This document shows, in pieces, positions 13,787 through 26,121 of a DNA stretch of 64,000 bases. Each line of letters begins with the position of its first letter. Position 1 is the stretch's first letter. Made by a program: the position numbers and the translations under genes. The notes under the pieces are model-generated. The model saw only the letters and a program-made list of their open reading frames with translations, did not search any database and was not told the DNA's origin. Source of the DNA: Podarcis cretensis (lineage: Eukaryota); assembly GCA_951804945.1 (NCBI GenBank), contig OX638153.1, forward strand, positions 51,150,001 through 51,214,000. Direction: 5' to 3'.

Positions 13787-14035
13787 GGGGTTGGTCCGTA
13801 GTTTGGTGGTAGAATATCTGCACCACTTTGAGGTTTTTCCTACAATCAAGCAGATATAAATTTTATGAAATAAACTAAATAGATAATAAAAAAATGCAAG
13901 AGGCCCCATGTTTAATCCCCTGCATCTACATGTAGGGTTGGAAAAGAACCCATTCTGAAACAGCTGGGAGCTGTTGGCAGTCAGTATAGACGGTAGTGAA
14001 CCAGATGGACTCGGAAAAGGGGCAGCTTCCTATGT
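13787..14035 (+). mobile_element. Squamate tRNA-derived SINE, interrupted at about 13822-13893 by an A-rich LINE 3' tail
   Basis: tRNA-like head GTAGTTTGGTGGTAGAATATCTG...GTTTAATCCC and 3' end CAGTCAGTATAGAC...CAGCTTCCTATG shared with the copies at 31852, 34055 and 48055. Confidence 0.6.
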
Positions 14036-14145
14036 AAATGGAACACTTGGGTTCCTTTATAGCTTTGCACTTTTATAATAAACTATTAACAATTGCTCTC
14101 TATTCTTCTACCTAGATTTTTCAAATGCAAGTTAACTACACTTAC

Positions 14146-14147
<2 letters not shown>

Positions 14148-14183
<36 letters not shown>
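14148..14183. repeat. (AG)n microsatellite
   Basis: Directly visible. Confidence 0.95.
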
Positions 14184-14188
<5 letters not shown>

Positions 14189-14435
14189 CACTCTAGTGTT
14201 TCTGGCAATAATTAATGTGTTGCTGAGCTTGGAAAATCCCTACACAGTGCCCAGAATAGGCACTGACAAATCCCAAGACATCATGTCCATGTATTCGGAG
14301 AAGCAGAAGATGTGACTGAAAGCCATTCTCTCTACTCCAGGCTAGTGCAGAAGAGCATTAGTGTAATAGCTTTTGGCAACCCATAGAAAACACTCTGAAA
14401 ACACTCTGTTGGGTGCCTTTATCTCATGAAGGACC

Positions 14436-14451
14436 GTTGTTGTTGTTGTTG

Positions 14452-14486
<35 letters not shown>
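14436..14486. repeat. Compound (GTT)n(GCT)n microsatellite
   Basis: Directly visible. Confidence 0.95.
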
Positions 14487-14786
14487 TTAAATCATGAACT
14501 CATTCATAAGAACTAGAGTTAAGGGGTGGCAAATAAGTCCTGTCTGTTTGCCATTAACTGGTTGTACAATTAGAACCTCTGTGATAACAGCTTCAAGCAT
14601 AGCAGCTCTATGTTTTCCAGCTGAGGACCTCTGCGATGTGGGACATTTTGCAGCATGCTTCCTTTCTACAGCTTCTCAGAAGGTCCAAGTCACATTGGAG
14701 AGAGAACTATACATTGCAGCTTGTTCCCTCACTACTGTAGCTGTAGTTCTAGGGAATGGTAAGGTGGACGCCTCCATGATGTAGAG

Positions 14787-14922
14787 CAGGCTTCCTCCAA
14801 CTCGGCCCTCCAGATGTTTTGAGACTACAATTCCCATCATCCCTGACCACTGATCCTGCTAGCTAGGGATCATGGGAATTGTAGACCAAAAACACCTGGA
14901 GGGCCGAGTTTGAGGAAGCCTC
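14787..14922. mobile_element. Palindromic hAT MITE, 136 bp
   Basis: CAGGCTTCCTC...GAGGAAGCCTC TIRs, 8-bp TSD ATGTAGAG/ATGTAAAG, long internal inverted arms. Confidence 0.9.
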
Positions 14923-16970
14923 ATGTAAAGCTTCATTTGTTATCACATTAGAGAAACAGACTGATGCACTCATGCCAGAGAGCTCCTGATCTTCCAACCC
15001 ACACAATCCCATTTCCACAGATTTCTAAATTGCTACAGATATAATGTTATCTTTAAAGTTATATTCCCCTTCAAAAAAATTGTCATGGAAACCTCTGCAG
15101 CTATTTTTACTTGGATTTTATATTTTTGTAGATTGGGGTAGTTATCTTTCATGTAGCATTGATTGTACTGCTCCTTGCATCAGTTTTAAGGAAAAGCTTA
15201 TTGTTCCTCTTCAGATTTAGGAAATTAGTTGTAGAGAGAGTCCTTGGAAAGCATAGGATGGCCATGGGTATGAATGAATACTGGGGTCACTTGCCACAGC
15301 TAGTATGTAACATTAAGGTAAACTGCAACTTGTTAAATTATTGTTTATGTTTACCATTTGTCCTAGCTGGGGCCTGAGCCTAAGTCCCCCAAACCCAAGT
15401 CTATCAAATTACGGTAAGCTTTTACCACTCTGGCCCAGGTCTTTATTGTTTCTTTTCAGCTGTATAGTACTTGGTTCCAAATGGAGGGGGTGGGGGGGAT
15501 AATAGCTCTGCAATGGGGACATGTGTTTATTCTAATTATACAACAAATAATTAAGTCTGAAAGCATTAACAGATTAATCAGTGTGATTAACCAATTAATG
15601 GCTTGATGTCAGATTAAAAGAGAGCTTTCACTAATTGGAGTTGGCCATTTTCTTCTCCCATTACCGTAGTAAGGACTTGTTTGGTTTTTCTAGGGAGTTG
15701 CTTCATCATTTCCTCCTGTCCAATAGGATTTGTTGCAAATAAAACTGGTTAAAATTGGTGAGCAGCATTGGTAGGGTAGGTGTGCCGTTAAATGGAGTTG
15801 GGGGTATCTGGAAGTATTTTGTCAAGGGATACGCTTTCAGGCTATATTCATGCACTAGTTTAGGTTTATGCATGCAACGTCTTCTTGATATTTCCCCTGA
15901 GATTCCCTTGCCTAGGCAATAAGCCTGAAGCCTCTTGTCTTCTCGATTTGTGCTCCCCCCCCCCCCAATTTCTTACCTAGCTACTCTTCTAAATAGGACT
16001 TGCAAGGGGAACATTTTTCTGCACACTTGCATCTTTCCATCCTCTGCCCAGGTAAGCACGAGGCATTATTGCACCTTGAAGACACATTTCAGCCAGCCAG
16101 GTGGAATGAGGAGGCTATGGAGCAGAGCTGGTGAGGGGTGTGGGCTGGTGAAGGGCCAGGCAGAGGGACCTGGAGGCCACACTCAGCTCCCAGGATTGGT
16201 TCCCCATGTCTGATACAGGGCTTAGATGGAAAGTTATATGGTTTTGTTTGCCCCAAGCATGAAGGGAAGGGGGCATGCCACAGCCTGGCTCCCTGGGAGA
16301 CTACAGAAGCCCAATCCGCAGCTGCTCTTCTGTTCTTGTAAGAGTGTAGCCCTATTCAGCCATTCTCCTACATGTAATTTTTATTGCATGAGGGCGGAGA
16401 GTGGGCATGTGTTCTGTGACCTTGCCCCCTCTGTCACATAGCTGCTTTCATTGGTTCAGCAGCCTGAACATATATAGTGGAGAGTCTTCCCTACTTGTGT
16501 GGGCTATCTGGACAATTTAGACCCCTTGAAGATTGGCACACTCCTGCTCTTGCCCCGTCCGCTCAGGTGATGGGAATGAGCTGAAAAAGGCCTCTTTCTA
16601 GCTACAATTCTTGTTATCATGGGGCAGGCTCTCCCTCTCCCTGCGGCAAAGCTCAAACTGTTGCACCTGTTTCTCATTGCGCTGCTCTTTTTCTTTGGGC
16701 TTTTAGGCAACTCATGGGGGTTGCTTTCTGTTAGCTTGCTCTTGTAATTTCCAGTTTTCCTGATCCGAATAGCATCCTTTCTCCCCCAAAGCCTTCTTTC
16801 CCTCACAGGGACATGTTGTGTTGTCAGCATTATTGTTACAGAATCACTGTGCAATAGTGGGACTCAGTCTTTCTCTTGGAGGGGTTGTTACCCATGGACT
16901 TTCTCCCAGCTATTTAGGCTGTTGAACTGGTTGGCTGTTATCACTCAGATGGCAGCCTTTCCTTCTCTGG

Positions 16971-16973
<3 letters not shown>

Positions 16974-17010
<37 letters not shown>
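16974..17010. repeat. (AC)n microsatellite
   Basis: Directly visible. Confidence 0.95.
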
Positions 17011-17011
<1 letters not shown>

Positions 17012-17259
17012 ACCCAGCAAGAATCCTGAGAATGGTAGTTTACCCCTCAAAGAATTGCAATTCCAAGCACTCTTAACAAATTAAAGTTTCCATGATTCTT
17101 TGGGTGGGGTGGTTTGTATTCAGTCTCAGTGTGACTGCAGGTGTTTCTTCGGCAAGAGGTTGTTCTGCTTCTGTCTGTTTTGTTTGGACTGCCTTGGTGG
17201 ATCTGAACACCTGCCTCAGGGGAACCTTTGGACCTCACAGCACATCTAGCCATCGAGCC

Positions 17260-17302
17260 ATGACATTAACTGTTCAGGAGGAGGTGCTATGGAAGCTTCT
17301 TG
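17260..17302 (+). CDS. Candidate additional ABLIM1 first coding exon (MTLTVQEEVLWKLL + 1 nt)
   Basis: gagccATG Kozak context, 14 open codons, phase-1 donor TTG|GTAACC compatible with the shared exon, in unique non-repeat sequence. No homology recognised. Confidence 0.35.
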
Positions 17303-20300
17303 GTAACCGGCCAGTGTGTGCTGTGGATTATGTGTGCAATTTAGCATACGGGAAATTGCCAACTGATCCAAGATCTAGAATGAGTGTTAGGGGGAAATTT
17401 AATAATGTTGGCAACTAAGTGGGCTGCTGTTTTTCAGCTGGAGGTGGTTTCACGTGTTCATAGATGCACAATTCCAGCACAAACACTCACAACCCATATA
17501 TGAATTGTCATTATCTCTGTTGTCCAAGTGGAACTAGGAGGAGGATCAACTTAAGTGCCATCATCCCAAAGAATGGCCCTTGTATGAATCTCCCCACCCC
17601 CCGCTTGAGCACTACAACCTTCTGGACAAGCTGCAGGGGAATGAAAACACTGGAAGATTTGGTATAATGCCAGGACTCTGGGATGTCAGATTAAATTAGG
17701 TTGCTATTGCTTGTGGGGTTTTGTGCCTGTGGTGACTAAACTCATCTATCATGTCTAGAAAATATACCTTATGAGTGAGGAAACCCCATTCCACTGCTCC
17801 GGTTTTTCAAAGCTTCCTTTCCAATGCTAAGCCGCACCACATTACAGTATCACAGGGGTCTCTTCATGCCGATGGCAAAAGGATGGATTTCCAGAATGAG
17901 GAATTTAAAGTTTCTCCCATGTTCCAGAAATAGTTTCCTGACTTTTCCAGCTTCTTTTGAAAATTAATAACTTCTGGCTTATCATTAAGGTAATTTAACT
18001 AAGGCATTAAGTTCCACTGAAGGCGTGGAGAAATGAATCCACTCAACTCTGCCTCCATCTACTAAATTTCTCAGTTGCCCTGATTACCCAGAATGTCAAT
18101 CCATTTGGGGCACAAGCAGAGAAATATTTTGGATCTGTGTGGTCAGAAAAATGTATGTCCATATATTTTGTTCCCATTGAATTTCTTTCTGTTAAAAGGA
18201 ACTATTAAGGTCCAGATCAAATATGGGTGTGTGTAAGGTATAGGGAAGAAAAAATGCAGGTATCTAGATAAAAATATCCAAATAATGGTCTGATTTGTAC
18301 ATCACTTTAAAGTGCAGTTTGTAATTAAATTTTGGTTTAATGTGAACAAGCAGAGTGCTGTTCAAAAGACTATACTTCTTTCCTTCTCCACTTCCTTCTT
18401 CAGTGCTACTGGGAAGAAACAAACCATGCCGTTACATGCAAACCAGAGCTATTGGTTTGTTCCTCTTATAACTAACCATGATGGTAAGCTAGGGTTTGTT
18501 CTTGGCTTAACTTGGTACACTGAAGAAAGAATCTGCAGAGGATTAAAGCTCCAATTCTATATATTGGGTGGTCAGATGAAATATAAACTTTGGGTTCAGA
18601 GTGATGTGCAAACCAGGCCCTTAGAGTTAGGGAGCTTAAGCCCTTTGAAATTGGGGGTCTACTTAGGTGCTCTTAGTAGGATATGAATGAGAAAAAGTTT
18701 TGGGCCATGAAGAAGCAGGGAAGTACCTGAACTAGGATGGTGCGTGTGACAATCACTAGCCATAAATGTAAACCTGGAGGCCACATTTGTGTATTCTTCT
18801 GTTGAAATTAATGTGATGATGTTTTCATGGAATTTATTTGTGTGCATGCCACACACCCCTACCTTATAGCTGCACAACACTATTGCTGAAAGGCTCCTGT
18901 GCTGTTTGTAGAAAAAAAAAAGGCCTGGGGTGGTAATGAAGAGAGTGCCATTGGCTGCTCTTTGTTGATAAAACTGACTTCTTTATGCCCTTCTCAGTTT
19001 ACTAATTCCTTCTGTAGCATTGTTTCTCCACCCTCAATGATGGCTGTCTCTGGTATGTGGCACTTTACCCCTACAGCTGGGCAAGCTGGTCTTTAAAAGC
19101 TTGTTCCAATAAAGATGCCAGAATTATTCCATGGATCAGCTGTTTGATGGTACAAGTGCCAGCCCCCTCCCCGAGGAACAAATATATCTGCTCCCAGTTG
19201 AGCTCTCACTCTTTTGGCTTGGCGCCTGGAACGCAGAATCTGGTGCCAAAGCATGCCACTTGGTTCCAGCATTCACTTTTCTTGTTGTTGTTCTAATTAA
19301 TGACTCTGCACATTAGAACAGTTACCAAAGCTTTTTTTTTAAAGTATCTTTTAAATAATTTTTATGAAAGCATAAAAAGAAAAATGAACAGATGGAGAAT
19401 TGGAAACATGCTATGACAAGGGTGTGACATACCTTGGAGTCCTTAAGAGAGGTCTTACCCCTCTTTCTTTTTTAATTTTATTTTTGTTTATTTTTTTTCA
19501 TTTTATTTTGCAATGTTACATTCAGTTACACCTTTTAACATTCTTTAAAATACATGCTGTACATATATGTCTATATATATATCTATATATAAATCTATCT
19601 ATTCTCCTTATTTGTACTTTTGTCACAAAAGTCTTACCCCTCTTTCTACCCTGGCACCCCTTAGGAAGACCAATTTAACTGAGAATCTAAGTGCCCCAAC
19701 TTTATCACTAGGCTTAAACCCGCAATAGATTAGCTCAGTGGATCGTCAGCTGCCACTGCCTGCCTAATGGCGTGCTATAGGACTCAATTGCAGCTTGGCT
19801 AGCAGATCCAAGATAAGGATGTAGAGTGAGCTGTGAGATTCTTCAGAATCTCCTGGGATCAAACTACACCAGCTTGTACTCAGACCAAACAGTAGTAAAC
19901 TCATTGTACACAGTCGATACATTTCCAAAAAGAGTCACACAAGTTTGCACTGAATATCGTGAAAAATTACGTTTCTGGGATGAAAGTGTTTTGTCTCCTG
20001 ACTGTGCTTTAATACCTATGAATATATACAGTACAGTACTTCTAGTGTAATGTTTGGGTTTATTAACATATTGAAACACTTGTAGCTAATGGATAAGTGA
20101 AAAAGAAGACTAGCCACTACAACTTAAGTAGCAGAGAGAATTGCAGCAGATGTAGGTTGCATAATATTAAAGATGCAAGAGTTTTATATCTTCTCACCTG
20201 GCCACCCTACCTGCCGGTCTTCCAATACATAATATTAATATTTGCATTGCCACCCTTCCCTTTGTTTCTAATACATTTGTATGAGATAAGTGCTACAGGA

Positions 20301-20590
20301 AGATTTTGATCAAACCCTATTTTAGATTTTGTCCTACATGCGATTGTGACATCATGCTAGATCAAGCAGTATACTGTATTTCTTTAAAAGAAACATACTT
20401 TTAAAACATTGTGTAGTGTGTGCCTATGTTTTGTTTTCCTTAATAAATGTTAATTTAATCATTTTTTTTTTGTCTTGGCTATTTGAGGTCATTGCCCAAC
20501 TCCAAAAGCATCTGTAGACACTTGAAAACACACTACTCATGACATAATATGGACAGAAAGTAATGGTGCTGAAGGAGGACCATCTGGGAT

Positions 20591-20631
20591 AACAAACAAA
20601 CAAACAAACAAACAAACAAACAAACAAACAA
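20591..20631. repeat. (AAAC)n microsatellite
   Basis: Directly visible. Confidence 0.95.
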
Positions 20632-21419
20632 TAAATAAAACCAAGGAGGGATGTAGAGGCTTATACCAGTGGTCCTCCTGAGAGTTTTGGGGTTCCTACC
20701 TGCCTGGATGTAAATAAAAGGTGGCGTCTATACTGAATTTGTTCTAGTGTAAAATATAGCTAGCCTGTTCTCCTTTGTCTGGATTAAAAAGCTACCTGGA
20801 GTTGTTCTGAGAATGACAGGGACATTCTAAATAGTCTGGATCACACACAGCAGTCTCTGTAGCTATGGTGTGAATATAATTTTGGAACCATCTCCAGACA
20901 ACTTTGAAACTATTTGTACTGTCCTTCAAGCCACAGTCTCATTTCTGGGAAAATGAAAAATGTTCCCTTCCTGATCAAGAGGCTCATCATGTGTTGAAGC
21001 TATTACAACATTGTTGATTTATTATTAGCAACAGAAAGCAAAGTAATGACTTTCACTTTCCTAAGGTATTCCTGAAATAGAGCCAAGCTGTGATTCATTT
21101 TCCTTTTTTCTCATGATAAGATTAAGCTCAGGTGCATCAATGAAACATTTCCATTTTTAAAAATAAAAGTAATATTTTTAAAATTACATTATGTACGTTT
21201 GAGAAAACAACTAAGAGCTTCAATTTTTAAGATTGCAAGCAGAGATAGGATAGTAAAAACTGAAAACTAATGTTTTAAGACTATACTTGTAAGCATAATT
21301 ATTCATGAGTATACCCACTTTTGAGTAAAATTCTGTAGGCTGTTCTGGTACGAGTATGCTTTCATAACACATTAAACTAATGTCATTACTAAGCAGTCAG
21401 GTGCATAGTAATTTTTAAT

Positions 21420-21777
21420 AAAGGTACCCCCTGCCCATACGGGCCAGTCGTGACCGACTCTGGGGTTGCGTGCTCATCTCGCTTAAGAGGCTGGGAGCCA
21501 GCGCTGTCCGAAGACACTTCCGGGTCACGTGGCCAGCGTGACGAAGCTGCTCTGGCGAGCCAGCACTAGCGCAACACACAGAAACGCCGTTTACCTTCCC
21601 GCTATAAAGCGGTACCTATTTATCTACTTGCACTTAGGGGTGCTTTCGAACTGCTAGGTAGGCAGGAGCTGGGACCGAACGACGGGAGCTCACCCCGCCG
21701 CGGGGATTCGAACCGCCGACCATACGATCAGCAAGTTCTAGGCACTGAGGTTTTACCCACAGCGCCACCCGCATCCC
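21420..21777 (-). mobile_element. Full-length Sauria SINE
   Basis: The minus strand starts GGGATGCGGGTGGCGCTGTGGG, has a B-box GGTTCGAATCC and the body AGTGCAAGTAGATAAATAGGTACCGC, and ends in the ACCTTT tail. CpG-rich (young) and flanked by AATTTTT(T)AATA direct repeats. Confidence 0.92.
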
Positions 21778-23468
21778 TTTTAAATTTTTTTAATAGGTGT
21801 GTAGAAAAGCAAAATTCAGCAAGTGTTGAAACTTGCTGCTGAAATTCCCTCTTCTGCACAACTAGAAAAAGTATAGCAGCCCTGTGCTCTTTCATCTTGC
21901 CCCCAGTAGTCTCACTGAATTTAGTAATCAGTGTAATGATTACTGACAATGCAGTTCCATGCATGTTTACTTGGAACTAAGTTCCATTGTGTTTGTTAGG
22001 GCTTACTCCAAAGTAAGGAAGTTTACAAATGTGCTGTTCAAACTTAAGATTTATTTTTTTGGTGGATCACCAGGTTGATGGCTCTGGGATAACTCAATTG
22101 GAAGAGCATAAGCATCAAGGTCATTTTGAATCAAGGTAGTGGACCGAAACATGACTTTAGCATTATTCTAAACAATAAATAATTTTACATTGAAAGACTC
22201 ATTGGGAAAAGTCTTTGGCATACAATTTCATATGGTCTGTGGCTTGGTGAAATGTTTGGAGCAAAGCTAATGGCTTTGAGATGAAATAATATCTAGTGTG
22301 GGCGTAAAACACAGGTGCTGTCGTGAAAAAACTTTTTTTAGCATCTCCATGCTTTTGAGATGCTTGATCAAATTTTATCTCAAGTAATCCATCTGACCTT
22401 TTAGAATTATTTGCCTTCAAAGTACTTTGGAGAGTATAATCTGGGTGTATAACTGGAGCGTCCAATGTATTAGGTATTTTGGCATACCATTATGGGCTAG
22501 TGATCTCCCAGCAACATTGGAAAAATGTCCCTCTAGTGCTGGCATAATACCATGCTCTGTGACAACCCCTCTTGCATAAGATCATCATGGTTCATTCTGA
22601 GCACTTGATTGGTGGCCCAGCAAATTATAGGCTTGTGGTGTTGGCATAGCTGATGAAGGAACAAATGTTGCATTGCGGGGAGGAAGCATGCTGTGTGGTC
22701 ACTTCACTGATAATGTATAAATTGTTTTGCAGACCCATATAAGGATCAGTTGGTCTGATGGACACCATTGGAAGGATAAGACATCAGCTGCATTGAATGG
22801 GACATGATGTCCTTTTTGGAAATGAATTATGTGTCATTAAGTTTTGATATCTGCCATGGCCATTTGTTTATTTACTTGTTTACTTGGCTTATTTACAAAT
22901 CCACGATAAGCCATGATTGTTCAATCAAAAGGAAATAACATAGCTCTTCTAATTCTAAAAGAGCTTTCAGGAGTGTGTAATCAATATGACCATGGAGAGC
23001 ATCATATTGTGATTTCTCCTTACCTGAAGAAACTTTGAAGGGCATGAAGGCAGCTTAGAATAAGCTGACTCCAGCTTTTGAAATTAGCAAATACTTAAGT
23101 GAGCAGGACATAGCCATGCTTCAATATTTGTAAAAAGTGCATACAAATTTAACATAGGTTGATGTTGATTCATAGCCAAAATTTTGTTGCACTCATCTTG
23201 TCCCTTAAATTGCAAACACTTGATAATAGCCAACACTGTACTGTATGATGGAGGCAGTAACTATATGCAGAAGCTCGGATACAAGCCTTGGTAGGATAGG
23301 AATAGAAGTAAATGGACCACCAGAGCCAGTCTACAGGAGTACCAGTGTGGAATAAGTGTCCTTTGAAGCAAGCATGTGAAGCAGTAAATGTATCTGGAGA
23401 GGGACTAGCCTGAGCAGTAGGCAAACAGGTGGGTGGACAAGCAAATAGGGAATCTGATTGGTCAAGAG

Positions 23469-23791
23469 CAGGGGTCAGCAATTTTTTTCAGCAGGGGGCC
23501 GGTACACTGTCCCTCAGACCTTGTGGGAAGCCTGGACTATATTTTGGAAAAATAAAATGAATGAATTCCTATGTCCCACAAATAACCCAGAGATGCATTT
23601 TAAATAAAAGCACACATTCTACTCATGTAAAAACACCAGGCAGGCCCCACAAATAACCCAGAGATGCATTTTAAATAAAAGGACACATTCTACTCATGTA
23701 AAAACACGCTGATTTCCGGACCGCCTGCGGGCCGGATTTAGAAGGCAATTGGGCTGGATCCAGCCTCCGGGCCTTAGTTTGCCTACCCATG
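23469..23791. mobile_element. hAT (Charlie-like) non-autonomous element, 323 bp
   Basis: CAGGGGTCAGCAA...TTGCCTACCCATG TIRs, perfect 8-bp TSD GTCAAGAG, internal 62-bp duplicated unit (23575-23636 and 23646-23707). Confidence 0.92.
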
Positions 23792-24720
23792 GTCAAGAGA
23801 ATAGACGTTAAGCAGGAAAAAGAAGAGGCAGGCTGACTGGTAGAGGTCCTGAGAGCAAAGCTTGACTCTTGCTAGTTTGCTCACCATTCTGTGTGTTTTA
23901 TTTAATTCATACAATAAAAAAAGGAATTTGTCTTGCTACCAATTCATGAATTATAATGCTTTCAGCTATTATAACATTTTAATGAAAACAACACAACAGG
24001 GTTCAGCCAAAGGCAAGGATGGATAAGATGGCCTTGCAGCATAGAAGTAATTTTGGTTCATCATTAGAATATTTCTAAATGAGTTTAAGAAAAAATATTT
24101 TACAGTGTGGATCCTCAAAGCATAGTCATTCTTACTTTATTACAGGTCAACTCATTCCACTGACAGTGATGCAGCTGCTTAGAAATGCACATAGCTAGCA
24201 AGCAACATTTGTTGCAAAATAATTAGGCAACAGTAGTTGCAGAAGCTGGTTTTTCTGCACTTGTTCATTATTCCTTGTGACTCCTTACTGTGCCAAATGT
24301 TTTACAGATCTTATCTCATTCATCTTCACAACAGCCTGGGTGGTAAGCTAGTGTTTTTTATTTCAGTTAGAATTTGTAGGACACGGAGCTATGTTGTGCA
24401 AAACTACAGACGGACGCCAACAACTGAGTTTCTGCCTGATTGAGCCAGTCTTTACATTATGTACTGATTCTAAAACCTTGCTAAGTGACGATGTCTGCAC
24501 CAGATCATGTTCATATGATTTGCTTTCATATCTTTCCTGTCTTGTCCTCTGTTATCCATCACTCCCCATCTCCCCACTCCTACCAAAGTCAGCAGTATCC
24601 CATTAACCTTGATTTGATAGCCCCCCATATTAGTCTGGAAAACTTCTTTTAAACTTTATATACATGTCATGTTCCTGATTCTGACCGTTAACCCCCTTGA
24701 AAATAAATAAGATGATCATT

Positions 24721-24865
24721 CCTGGGATAGTTCAGTTGTAGAGCATGAGACTCTTAAATTTAGAGTTGTGGGTTTGAGCTGCATGTTGGGCAGAAGATTC
24801 TTGCATTGCAGGGGGTTGGACCAGATGACTCTTCCAACTCTACAATTCTATGATTAATTCTATGA
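24721..24865 (+). mobile_element. SINE with a tRNA-Lys(CTT)-derived head and CR1-like 3' tail
   Basis: Head GGATAGTTCAGTTGTAGAGCATGAGACTCTTAA...GTGGGTTTGAGC...GTTGGGC resembles tRNA-Lys-CTT. Tail GGGGGTTGGACCAGATGA...CTTCCAACTCTACAATTCTATGATT is CR1-type. Confidence 0.8.
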
Positions 24866-24891
24866 ATCAATATATATTCACGTATGGAACA

Positions 24892-24998
24892 TTTTAGGGA
24901 ATCTTTTAATGTTTAATAGACTATTGTATTTTAATATTCTGTTGGAAGCCGCCCAGAGTGGCTGGGGAAACCCAGCCAGATGGGTGGGGTATAAATAA

Positions 24999-25032
<34 letters not shown>
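24892..25032 (+). mobile_element. LINE (L2-like) 3' end with (TAT)n tail
   Basis: GCCGCCCAGAGTGGCTGGGGAAACCCAGCCAGATGGGTGGGGTATAAAT stem-loop plus tail. The same sequence occurs inverted at about 27120 and 31740. Confidence 0.8.
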
Positions 25033-25033
<1 letters not shown>

Positions 25034-25106
25034 AAATAATGAATACCAGATTTTCCTGGTTTGGATATGTTGTGTGTTTGACCCTGACCAACTCTGCACA
25101 GCTCTG

Positions 25107-25380
25107 CAGGGACGTAGCTAGCTGCTTTAGCACGCGGAGTGGCAGGAGCAGGGTGATCTGCCCACAGAGTCCGCCTGGCGGACGCAAGCCCCACACTGCC
25201 GTTTTGGGCAGCATGGGGCCCTGAGCCACCGCATCACTCCCAGGAGAGATGCGTGGCTTGGGCGCGCTCCAGACCAGGCCTCGTGGTAAGTGCCGCCCCC
25301 CGCAGTGTGCCATTTTGTCACCCCCTCAGGGATGACACCCGGGGTGGGCTGCCCCCACTGCCCCCCTTCCTCTGCCCCTG
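25107..25380. mobile_element. GC-rich hAT non-autonomous element, 274 bp
   Basis: CAGGGACGTAG...CTCTGCCCCTG termini and a perfect 8-bp TSD CAGCTCTG. Confidence 0.85.
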
Positions 25381-25985
25381 CAGCTCTGGCTGCTATGCTG
25401 TTCTTATTGAGGCAGTCCTTTTTTTGCTTTAAAATATGAGGCGCTGGCACTCTGTACTAGTGAGTACTCTCCTTCTCCCTCTCCCCACCCACCCTTCCTG
25501 CATGAAGGCATCTGGGGATCTATTCCTTTAAAAAATATATGCAATAGCAGTTTTTATAATCACGTTCTGCCACTTTATTTTTTTAAAACACACCATCTAA
25601 ACAATAGTCCTTCGAGGAAGTGAGTATGCATAAGAAATATGAAACAATTAGTACTGGGTCAATGATGGGCAAACATAAATGAAACAAGATAGAGCTTCTG
25701 GTTTAGTTATTTCTTGGAGTTTCATATTTCACTGCAGAAATAAGCATGTATATATTACTGCTTGGTCACATTTCATTATGGTAGATTATCATGATTCGAA
25801 AAAATATATCTCTTACCTTGGAAATATTTATTAGGGACATTTCTCATGATTCATTTATTATGGGGTTTATCTGAAATAGAAAATCTGTCCATTTTGTTTG
25901 CATAATATGTGCTTGCATTTCTTATATATTGCTTTTCTCCTTCTGTGCTGGTTCTACAGCACCTATATGCATAGTTCCATTAGAA

Positions 25986-26121
25986 CAAGCATAGGCAAAC
26001 TTGGCCCTCCAGATGTTTTTGGCCTACAACTCCCATGATCCCTAGCTAACAGGACCAGTGATCAGGGGTGATGGGAATTGTAGTCCCAAAACATCTGGAG
26101 GGCCGAGTTTGCCTATGCCTG
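25986..26121. mobile_element. Palindromic hAT MITE, 136 bp
   Basis: CAAGCATAGGCAAAC...GTTTGCCTATGCCTG TIRs and a perfect TSD CATTAGAA. The internal body is shared with 14787. Confidence 0.92.

Noticed and set aside
14436-14486. PolyQ/polyA coding repeat
   Set aside because: Not in any ORF or exon context; it is an intronic microsatellite.
23575-23707. 62-bp direct repeats as a CRISPR-like array
   Set aside because: Only two units, internal to a hAT element with TIRs and a TSD, in a eukaryotic context with no cas genes.
24721-24795. Functional tRNA-Lys gene
   Set aside because: The stems and B-box are mutated and the sequence runs directly into a CR1-type tail, so it is a SINE head.
25107-25380. 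CpG-island promoter or exon (includes a GTGGTAAGT donor-like site)
   Set aside because: The GC-rich segment is exactly bounded by hAT TIRs and a perfect 8-bp TSD.
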